Source of the DNA: an uncultured Chloroflexia bacterium | GTDB taxonomy: Bacteria; Chloroflexota; Anaerolineae; CG2-30-64-16 | Assembly: GCA_963774265.1 (NCBI GenBank) | Contig: CAVZDU010000001.1 | Coordinates: forward strand, 416,001 to 480,000 | Length of the DNA: 64,000 nt | Reading direction: 5' to 3' | Shown: piece by piece, positions 56,277 to 64,000 of the stretch | Layout of the letters: each line of letters starts with the position of its first letter | How positions within the stretch are numbered: the stretch's first letter is position 1 | Translations under genes and position numbers: made by a program | The notes under the pieces: generated by a model | Seen by the model: the letters and a program-made list of their open reading frames with translations, nothing else | Database searches by the model: none | Told to the model about the DNA's origin: nothing

Positions 56277-58213
56277 GTGAATGCCAATTGGCGCAAAAAC
56301 GGCCTCGTCTACATTTTGATCGTAGTTGCGGTGGCCGTTCTTTTCTACAGTGCATCGCAATCCACCGACCGCCCGGACGAGAAGGGGCTGACAGATGTCG
56401 CTGCGTTGATCCGCCGCGGAGAGGTCAGTCGAATCGTGGTCGCGGGTGATCAGCTGACGGTGCAGCTAAAAGACAAAACGATGTTCGTCTCCCAAAAAGA
56501 GGAGGACGTTAATCTGACGACCTCGCTGACGCGGTTGGGCGTGACGCCTGAACAGCTTTCTAAGGTTGAACTGAAGGTCTCGCCGCCCAGTGATATGTCG
56601 GGCTGGTTGACGATCTTGGGAACAGTGCTCCCCCTGCTGCTGATCGGCGGTCTGTTCGTGATGATCTTGCGGCAAGCGCAAGGATCAAACAGCCAGGCCA
56701 TGTCATTCGGCAAAAGTAAGGCGCGTGTATTCACGGGCGACAAACCGACCGTGACCTTTGCGGATGTGGCCGGCGCGGATGAGGCCAAGCAGGAGCTGCA
56801 AGAGGTCGTCGAGTTCCTCAAGGAACCCCAGAAGTTCGCTTCGCTCGGCGCGCGCATCCCGAAGGGCGTGCTGCTGGTCGGCCCACCCGGCACCGGCAAG
56901 ACGCTGATGGCCAAGGCCATCTCCGGTGAAGCGGGCGTGCCCTTCTTCTCCATCTCCGGCTCGGAGTTCGTCGAGATGTTCGTCGGTGTGGGTGCGTCGC
57001 GGTGCGCGACCTGTTCGAGCAGGCCAAGCGCAACTCGCCGTGCATCATCTTCATCGACGAGATCGATGCGGTGGGGCGGCAGCGCGGGGCGGGGCTGGGC
57101 GGCAGCCACGACGAGCGGGAGCAGACGCTGAACCAGATTCTCGTGGAGATGGACGGCTTCGACACGGACACGAATGTGATCCTGATTGCGGCGACGAACC
57201 GGCCCGACATTCTGGACCCGGCGCTGCTGCGGCCCGGCCGTTTCGACCGGCAGGTGGTGATGGACCGGCCGGACATGAAAGGCCGCGAGCAGATCCTGAA
57301 GGTGCACGTGCGGGGCAAGCCGCTGGAGCCGACTGTCAATCTGGAGACGGTTGCCCGCGGGACGCCGGGCTTCGTGGGTGCGGACCTGGAGAACCTGGTC
57401 AACGAGGGTGCGATCCTGGCCGCGCGGCGCAACAAACGAGCCATCGGCATGCCGGAATTGCAGGAAGCCATTGAGCGTGTCATCGGTGGGCCCGAACGGC
57501 GCTCCCGCATCATTTCCTTGAAGGAAAAAGAAATCATCGCGTTCCACGAAGCCGGTCACGCGCTGGTGCGGCGAATGTTGCCCAAGTGCGACCCCGTCCA
57601 CAAGATCAGCATTGTTTCGCGCGGCATGGCGCTGGGCTACACCATGGCGCTCCCGGAAAACGACCGCGTGCTGATCAGCAAGACGAAGTTCGAGCAGGAT
57701 CTCAGTGCGATGCTGGGCGGCCGGGTGGCGGAGCAACTGATCTTCAGCGATGTCACCAACGGTGCGGTCGATGATCTGGACAAGGTGACGAAGCTCTCGC
57801 GCGCGATGGTGACCCAGTATGGCATGAGCCCACAGATGGGACCGATGGTTTTCGGCCAGCGACATGAGATGATCTTCCTCGGCCGTGATATCGGCGAGCA
57901 GCGCAACTACTCGGAACAGGTGGCGCGAGAGATCGACAAGGAAGTGGACCGGATCGTCACTGAGGCCTACGATCGGTCCACGGACATTCTGACCCGCCAT
58001 CAAGACCTGCTGCGTGCCATTTCGAAGAGGCTGATGGAAGTAGAGACGCTGGACGCAGCGGAGTTTGAAGCCTTCTTTGCGGGTGTGCCGGGCATCCCGC
58101 CGCGCAAAATAGGGCCGGTTGACTCCTCAGAAAGCCCTTCGCCAAACCGCGGCAACGCGCCTGCAGCCGATCGTCCTAGCGCCGCGCCAGCGCCGCGTCC
58201 TACGCCGGCGTAA
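56277..58213 (+). CDS. ftsH: ATP-dependent zinc metalloprotease FtsH; apparent 1-nt deletion at ~57001
   Basis: Two TMs, [22 protein letters not shown] and HEAGH motifs; the conserved GASRVRD is broken by one missing G. Confidence 0.93.
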
Positions 58214-58638
58214 TGAGCGAAAGAGAAACGATGTCTGAGAACACCCCATTCCCCATCGGCCTGATCGGTGAGGCCAGCGTCACCGTTGCACCGGAGCTGA
58301 CCGCGCAGCACCTGGGAAGCGGCGCCGTGGCAGTGTTTGCCACGCCCGAGATGGTGCGTCTGATGGAACACGCGGCGGTGAATGGACTGGCGCCTCACCT
58401 CGACCCCGGCCAACAATCCGTCGGAACGAGTGTCAATGTGAAGCACCTCGCAGCGACACCGCTGGGTGCAACGGTGACTGCGCGGGCGGAGTTGGTTTCC
58501 GTCGAAGGCCGGCGCCTGCTTTTCAAGGTCTCCGCCCATGACGGGGTGGACCTGATCGGCGAGGGTCTGCACGAGCGCGCGTTGGTCGACCTGGCGAAAT
58601 TCGAGGCGCGCGTCGCCGCCAAGCAAGTGCAATCGTAG
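58213..58638 (+). CDS. FlK-like hotdog-fold thioesterase
   Basis: GSGAVAVFATPEMVRLME, SVGT, HLAATPLG and GLHER motifs. Confidence 0.85.
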   Translation: MSERETMSENTPFPIGLIGEASVTVAPELTAQHLGSGAVAVFATPEMVRLMEHAAVNGLAPHLDPGQQSVGTSVNVKHLAATPLGATVTARAELVSVEGRRLLFKVSAHDGVDLIGEGLHERALVDLAKFEARVAAKQVQS

Positions 58639-58670
58639 AGACGTTGCACGCCTTCGGCGAACGTCTCTAC
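58635..58670. repeat. GTAG-type REP palindrome between convergent genes
   Basis: GTAGAGACGTT...AACGTCTCTAC perfect 11-bp arms with an inner CGCC-TTC-GGCG. Confidence 0.8.
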
Positions 58671-58683
58671 GAATCGCGGGTCC

Positions 58684-61053
58684 CTAAACGAGTCCCCCTG
58701 AGTACACCAGGCTGAAGTCCTGCGGCCCGCTGGGCACGTTGAACGCGCGGACGCGAATGCGATATCGCCCGGGTTCCGGCTGGGCGATCACGAGTCGCTC
58801 AACGTTATTGATACGGTCGGGCGCGCCGCCGGGCGTGCCATTGCGCGTATTGCCGTAGAAGATGGCCCCCGACGGACTGGTGACCACTAAGTCCAGGTCG
58901 TTGACCAGGTTCGGGTAGATGCTCGGGCTGCCAGGGTAATCGGTCCAGACCAGGGTGAACGCGAGTGCCACACTCGTGTCGTTTACTGCACAAGACCAGC
59001 GCCAGCTTTGCCCGGTATTCAGGCCAACACGCTGGTCATACCAGCGCACCTCCACCTCCGCTGCCCCTGGCAACTCCAGGCTCGTCCTCAGGTCCAGGTG
59101 TCCCCAACCCTGGGACCAATCGTACAAACCTTCGCCAACGGGCTCGTGGCGATACCGGCGGTAGGCCGCGCCATGCAGCAGGGTCGCCTTGATCAGCGCG
59201 GCCGAGGGGTTTGCACGGCGCTTCACCGTCCTTAAGTACTGGCGAACCAGTGCGGCCGCGCCGGCCGCCAGGGGCGTCGCCATACTGGTGCCACCATTGA
59301 ACATGTAACGATTGCTGGCGGTCCACACACCCCAACCGGGACTGCTGCTCTGTAGGGCCGAGGAGCGGGTCGACAAAATATTGGTGCCGGGCGCAACGAG
59401 ATCTGGCTTAACACGCCCATCGCGCGTTGGCCCGCGGCTGGAAAACGCGGCGACATCGTCCGCATTGTCCGACGGCATGTCGTCCTTCAGGGGGGCGACA
59501 CTGTAGTTATCGGGCCACAGGCTCCCTAAGGCCCGCTGGTAGCCACCTTGCGCGCGAACCGACTCGGCCGCGCCGACAGTGATGCAGTTCTTGGCGGTGC
59601 CCGGTGGCGTTACGCTGCCTGGGTCCACCACCCCGTCGCGGTCCCCATCCTCCCCATCATTGCCTGCAGCGATCAGGACGAGGAAGTCTTTGTGTTCCCA
59701 CATAAATCGGTCGACGGCCTCGGCGTAGTCGTCGTACGCTCCGAACGCGCCACCGCCCCAACTGTTGCTGTGAATGCGCGCGCCTGCGTCGTAGGCCTGC
59801 TGAAAGACGCCCTTGAGATCGGCAGGAAGACCAGCCAGGCCATAGTCGGGCGGATACCGGCGATATTGCCGATAGTAGGCCTGGCGATAGGCATCTGTCC
59901 ACTTCAGACGCTGTTCGATCGCTTGAAAGACCAACGTCGCTTCGTAGGCCGGCCCGCGCACCGCAGCACCCTGCTGGCCCAGCGCTTGCCAGGCCGATCC
60001 ATTCCCGAGGATAGAACCGGCGACGTGCGTGCCATGGCCGGAGCGAGCATCAGCCGGCCCGTCGTCCTCCCCAACGTTGGTCACAACAGAGGACCAATCC
60101 GTCGCGACGGGCCAACTCAGAAGGGTGACGATCCGTCCGGCGAAATCCGGATGAATCGTGTCGGCGCTGCCGGTGTCCAGCCCCGAATCGGCCACCCCCA
60201 CAATCTCGCCCCGGCCACTAAGACCTAACCCCGAAGGGTCCTGCACCTCCTGCACACCCATCAAGCCAGCCGCGACGTCATTCCGAAGCTGGCGCAAGAT
60301 GGTCGGCTCAATCGAACGCACACCGTGCAGGCTCGCGATCTGAGCGACAAGGGCCTGCGTGTCCTTGGTGCGCGGATCGAAAGCCACGGTAACGACGCTA
60401 CCGCCAGGCGCCGGTACGCTCGGCTCCCCACCCATTTTTTGGATAGCCGGGAGGGCCTGCTCGAGGTCTGCGGGTTGGAAAAAGCGGACGGTGAACGTGT
60501 TGGGCACGCGCTCGACATGAGGCGGCGTCTGCATGTCCCTCGCGGCCTCGCCGCGGATGGCGCCGCGCGAGACGGCGGGATCCTCACCCAGCCCTTCCGT
60601 CAGGTCGGGGCTGATACGCCGATCGGCGCCGTAGTGCAGAACCTCATCGACGTACTGCGCCTTGGTCACCCACTCGTATGCCGGATCGTCAAGCGCCACG
60701 ACGTATCCGTGAGGCGGCTCGGGATCCTGCAGTCGACCACCGTGCTGAACAATCTCCGTCAGCCACTCTTTCTTGATGGGGCCAGCAAAGTTAACCAGAT
60801 AGTAATGCTCTCCCGGCCCGAAGGTGGATGGACCGGGGTCATGCTTCGGCGCTGTAGATTCGAATCCGAGTCCAGGGCTCGGTTGCGTACGATAGATCTC
60901 AACTTCGTAGCCGCTCTTGCGAAGCTCGCCGACCTGCTCATCGCTGACGCGGACCAGAATATAGTCCTCGTATTCGGCAATTGATTCGTAGCCTTGCCGG
61001 ATCAGGCGGCGGCGCTCGCGTTGGGATGCATAGATCAGGACCGTTTGGGTCAT
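58684..61053 (-). CDS. S8 subtilase (KP-43-like) with propeptide and C-terminal beta-sandwich
   Basis: VADSG, GHGTHVAG, AAGNDG, KPDLVAPG, GTSMATP and LVWTD...NDLDL motifs; AAGGAGG RBS before ATG 61053. Confidence 0.9.
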   Translation of the reverse strand: MTQTVLIYASQRERRRLIRQGYESIAEYEDYILVRVSDEQVGELRKSGYEVEIYRTQPSPGLGFESTAPKHDPGPSTFGPGEHYYLVNFAGPIKKEWLTEIVQHGGRLQDPEPPHGYVVALDDPAYEWVTKAQYVDEVLHYGADRRISPDLTEGLGEDPAVSRGAIRGEAARDMQTPPHVERVPNTFTVRFFQPADLEQALPAIQKMGGEPSVPAPGGSVVTVAFDPRTKDTQALVAQIASLHGVRSIEPTILRQLRNDVAAGLMGVQEVQDPSGLGLSGRGEIVGVADSGLDTGSADTIHPDFAGRIVTLLSWPVATDWSSVVTNVGEDDGPADARSGHGTHVAGSILGNGSAWQALGQQGAAVRGPAYEATLVFQAIEQRLKWTDAYRQAYYRQYRRYPPDYGLAGLPADLKGVFQQAYDAGARIHSNSWGGGAFGAYDDYAEAVDRFMWEHKDFLVLIAAGNDGEDGDRDGVVDPGSVTPPGTAKNCITVGAAESVRAQGGYQRALGSLWPDNYSVAPLKDDMPSDNADDVAAFSSRGPTRDGRVKPDLVAPGTNILSTRSSALQSSSPGWGVWTASNRYMFNGGTSMATPLAAGAAALVRQYLRTVKRRANPSAALIKATLLHGAAYRRYRHEPVGEGLYDWSQGWGHLDLRTSLELPGAAEVEVRWYDQRVGLNTGQSWRWSCAVNDTSVALAFTLVWTDYPGSPSIYPNLVNDLDLVVTSPSGAIFYGNTRNGTPGGAPDRINNVERLVIAQPEPGRYRIRVRAFNVPSGPQDFSLVYSGGLV

Positions 61054-61086
61054 GTTCCCTCCTTCTTTAGCCGAAGTAGGCAGGTT

Positions 61087-61143
61087 GATTATACCACTGG
61101 TTCGGCGACCTGCTCGGTCATTCAGCAGATGCAGTGGTAAAAT
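61087..61143. promoter_or_regulatory. Divergent extended -10 promoters (TGgTATAAT on minus, TGgTAAAAT on plus)
   Basis: The plus-strand TAAAAT at 61138-61143 lies 6 nt before the recD2 GTG. Confidence 0.55.
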
Positions 61144-61149
61144 GCGTTC

Positions 61150-63423
61150 GTGACCGCTTCCACACTGCGCGGAACGATCGAGCGCATCACTTACCACAAT
61201 GAGGAAAACGGGTACACCGTCGCACAATTGCTGCCTGAGGGGCAGTCCGCTACGGTCGCCGTCGTCGGCAACATGCTGGGCATCAATGTCGGTGAGTCCG
61301 TGGTGCTGACGGGTGTGTGGGTGGCGCACGCGCATTATGGCCGGCAGTTCAAGGCGGAGAGCGTGCAGACCGTTCTCCCTGCGACAGTCGCCGGCATGGA
61401 GCGCTACCTTGGCAGCGGGCTGATCAAGGGCATCGGCCCGGTCACCGCCAAGCGCATCGTGCGGAAGTTCGGAGCCGAAACGCTCACCGTGATCGAGCAA
61501 GAGCCGGCGCGTCTGGTGGAGGTGCTCGGCGTGGGCCGCAAACGCGTCGACCTGATTGTGCGCGCCTGGGCCGAACAGCTAAAAATCAAAGAGGTGATGC
61601 TGTTCCTCCAGAGCCACAATGTGTCGACCGGCCTGGCCGTGCGCATTTTCAAGCGCTACGGCGACGACGCGGTGGACATCGTGCGCACCGACCCGTACCG
61701 CCTGGCACGCGAGGTGTTCGGCATTGGATTTTTGACTGCGGACAAAATCGCCCGCGAACTCGGAATCGCTCATGACGCACCCGAACGAGTCGCTGCGGGA
61801 GTGGCCTACGAGTTGAGTCAGGCCGCCGATGAGGGCAACACTTATCTGCCTGAGAGTGAGCTGACGAAGCGCGCGGCCGCATTGCTCGGTGTGACCGAAG
61901 CGCAGACCTCTGAAGGCATCCGCTCCTTGCTCCAGGACGAACAGGTGTGGGTGGAGGGTGAGACACCTGGCTGGGCCGAGAGCCGCGACCCGCGCACGCG
62001 ACCAACTCCCGTGCTGTCATTGGCCGAGGAGAAGCCGGTCTATCTGCTACCCTTCTATCGCGGCGAGGTAGGTGTGGCGGGACGCCTGCGACGCCTGGCC
62101 GAAGCGCCTGGAGATCGGCTTGCGTCCTTTGCGGCCTTCAATTGGACCGCCGCATTCGCCTTGCTTGCGGCGGAGTCGCCGCATCGCCAATCGCTCACGC
62201 CAAAGCAGATGGAAGCGGTGCAGACAGCGCTGACCCGTCGTGTGGCAGTGCTGACCGGAGGCCCGGGCACAGGGAAGACCACAACCGTCCGCAGCATCAT
62301 CCGGCTGGCCGAGGCCGCAGGAGCACGGCTGGCGCTTGCGTCGCCGACGGGCCGCGCGGCGAAACGCCTGGCAGATGCCACCGGGCGTACGGCCAAAACG
62401 ATCCACCGGTTGCTCGAATTCAAACCGGGTGAAGGGACAACGTTCCAGCGCAACGAAGAGAACCCGCTTGAGGCAGACCTGGTGATCGTCGATGAAGCAT
62501 CGATGTTGGATCTGCTGCTGACGAACCATTTGCTGAAAGCGATCCCGGCGGGCGCCCATCTGCTGTTAGTTGGCGACATAGACCAGCTGCCCAGTGTCGG
62601 CGCAGGGAACGTGTTGCGCGACATCATTGCCGCCATTGAGGCGGATGGCGAGTTGCCTGACACGGCCGTTGTCCGGCTGGATACGATCTTCCGCCAGGCC
62701 GAAGGTAGCTATATTATCACCAACGCACACCGGATCAACCGCGGGGAGATGCCGGTGCTGGACAACAAGCATGCGCAAGATTTCTTCATCTTCAACGAGG
62801 AGGACCCGGAAAGGGCGGCAGAACTCGTGGTCGAGCTGGTGCAAGATCGCATCCTGCGTAAGTTCGGATTCACACCCGATCAGATCCAGGTGCTGAGCCC
62901 AATGCACCGCGGCGCTGTGGGTGTGACCAACCTGAACGCTGCATTGCAGGCCGCGCTGAACCCGCCGAAGGCTGCGCTTGGAGAGCGCCAGGTGGGAGGA
63001 CGAACCTACCGCATCGGCGACCGCGTGATGCAGATCCGAAATAATTACGACAAGGAAGTATTCAACGGCGATATGGGACAGATCACCATGATCAACCTGG
63101 AGGAACAGATGGTCGGCGTGCTCCTGGACGGGCGCGTCGTGCATTACGACTTCTCGGAGTTGGACGAACTGGTCCACGCATACGCGGTGAGTGTGCACAA
63201 ATCCCAGGGCAGCGAGTTTCCCGCGGTGGTGATCCCCCTGTTGCCGACGCACTACATGATGTTGCAGCGGAATCTGCTCTACACCGCAGTAACGCGCGCA
63301 CAGAAGCTGGTGGTCCTGGTGGGCACGCCGCGAGCGGTGGCCATCGCGGTCCACAACGATCGCGCACATCAACGCTACTCGGGGTTGGCGGAGAGGCTCG
63401 GCGCGGTCAAAGAGAAGTATTAA
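61150..63423 (+). CDS. recD2: ATP-dependent RecD2-like DNA helicase
   Basis: IKGIGP HhH, TGGPGTGKT, SPTGRAA, VDEASM, GDIDQLPSV, SVHKSQGSE and YTAVTRA motifs. Confidence 0.93.
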   Translation: MTASTLRGTIERITYHNEENGYTVAQLLPEGQSATVAVVGNMLGINVGESVVLTGVWVAHAHYGRQFKAESVQTVLPATVAGMERYLGSGLIKGIGPVTAKRIVRKFGAETLTVIEQEPARLVEVLGVGRKRVDLIVRAWAEQLKIKEVMLFLQSHNVSTGLAVRIFKRYGDDAVDIVRTDPYRLAREVFGIGFLTADKIARELGIAHDAPERVAAGVAYELSQAADEGNTYLPESELTKRAAALLGVTEAQTSEGIRSLLQDEQVWVEGETPGWAESRDPRTRPTPVLSLAEEKPVYLLPFYRGEVGVAGRLRRLAEAPGDRLASFAAFNWTAAFALLAAESPHRQSLTPKQMEAVQTALTRRVAVLTGGPGTGKTTTVRSIIRLAEAAGARLALASPTGRAAKRLADATGRTAKTIHRLLEFKPGEGTTFQRNEENPLEADLVIVDEASMLDLLLTNHLLKAIPAGAHLLLVGDIDQLPSVGAGNVLRDIIAAIEADGELPDTAVVRLDTIFRQAEGSYIITNAHRINRGEMPVLDNKHAQDFFIFNEEDPERAAELVVELVQDRILRKFGFTPDQIQVLSPMHRGAVGVTNLNAALQAALNPPKAALGERQVGGRTYRIGDRVMQIRNNYDKEVFNGDMGQITMINLEEQMVGVLLDGRVVHYDFSELDELVHAYAVSVHKSQGSEFPAVVIPLLPTHYMMLQRNLLYTAVTRAQKLVVLVGTPRAVAIAVHNDRAHQRYSGLAERLGAVKEKY

Positions 63424-63507
63424 CCGCAAAGATCCCTACGCATTCAACCCGGCTTCTCTTGGTGAACCTTTGTGGCTTGGAGTCTTCGTGTTTACGGGAG
63501 GTCACCG

Positions 63508-64000
63508 ATGACGATCATTACTCTTTCCAGGGAGTTTGGGAGCGGCGGCGACGACGTAGCGGCCCTCGTAGCGGAGCAGCTCGGGCTGCGCCGTATCGGG
63601 CGCGAGATCATCAACCGCGCTGCGCAGGCCGCTGGCGCAGGCGAGGCCGCTCTCGCGGAAATCGACGAGTTGGGGCTGTTAGGGGTAAAGCCGTCGCCGG
63701 CCGCGCTCAAGCTTTATCGTGAGAAGGTGCGCACAGTCATCGAAGAACAGGCCCACGAAGGCAACCTACTGCTGGTGGGCCGTGGCGGACAGGTGGTGCT
63801 GGCCAAGCGGAACGACGTCCTGCACGTGCGGATTTTCGCCCCCAGGGAACTACGCTGTGCAGCTGTGCGCGAGCGCTGTGGTGTCCCCCTTGAAGTGGCG
63901 GCAGCCCGGGTGGATGCATCAGATCGCGCGCGGGCGACATTTCACAAGCGCAACTACGGCGTGAGGTGGGACGATCCTGCTCTGTACGACCTGGTGATAA
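63508..64000 (+). CDS. Cytidylate-kinase-like family protein, truncated by the window end
   Basis: GGAGG RBS, MTIITLSREFGSGG, LLVGRGG and WDDPALYDLVI; absent from the ORF track because it has no stop in the window. Confidence 0.8.
   Translation, partial: MTIITLSREFGSGGDDVAALVAEQLGLRRIGREIINRAAQAAGAGEAALAEIDELGLLGVKPSPAALKLYREKVRTVIEEQAHEGNLLLVGRGGQVVLAKRNDVLHVRIFAPRELRCAAVRERCGVPLEVAAARVDASDRARATFHKRNYGVRWDDPALYDLVI

Noticed and set aside
56990-57010. Programmed frameshift or pseudogene in ftsH
   Set aside because: There is no slippery heptamer, a single missing G breaks an invariant motif, and similar indels occur in other conserved genes, so an assembly error is more likely.
61054-61500. 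938-aa version of the S8 protease
   Set aside because: The extension overlaps recD2 on the opposite strand; a promoter and strong RBS precede ATG 61053.

Overview
A GC-rich bacterial chromosome segment, probably Chloroflexota (Anaerolineae/Caldilineae-like). That assignment is inferred from the gene set, a YLPxxxR C-terminal tail and the repeat families. No rRNA, tRNA, CRISPR array or transposase was recognised. (1) 1-22.4 kb: an anaerobic, selenium-linked purine/urate catabolism cluster. It has an ABC importer, GntR, two xanthine-oxidase-family Mo hydroxylases, ygeY, a ygeW-like and an extra ATCase-like carbamoyltransferase, carbamate kinase, two PLP fold-II enzymes, ygfK and ssnA. (2) 22.5-43 kb: housekeeping and accessory genes (ggt, rsmF-like, a yqeC-mocA fusion, priA, gmk, tmk, darA, csp). 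(3) 43-49.7 kb: two CarH/LitR-type B12 photoreceptors with a visible 11-bp-period operator, a CRP regulator, CooC, a two-domain DarA and a selenocysteine-containing selD. (4) 49.7-56.1 kb: a cobalamin-riboswitch-controlled ECF transporter operon whose three exported partners together resemble a split transcobalamin (one alpha/alpha barrel plus two beta-grasp proteins). (5) 56.3-64 kb: ftsH, a thioesterase, an S8 protease, recD2 and a partial cytidylate-kinase-like gene. Several REP-like palindrome families occur both between genes and in-frame inside enzymes, often with local tandem amplification. Six single-base frameshifts in five conserved genes look like assembly errors.
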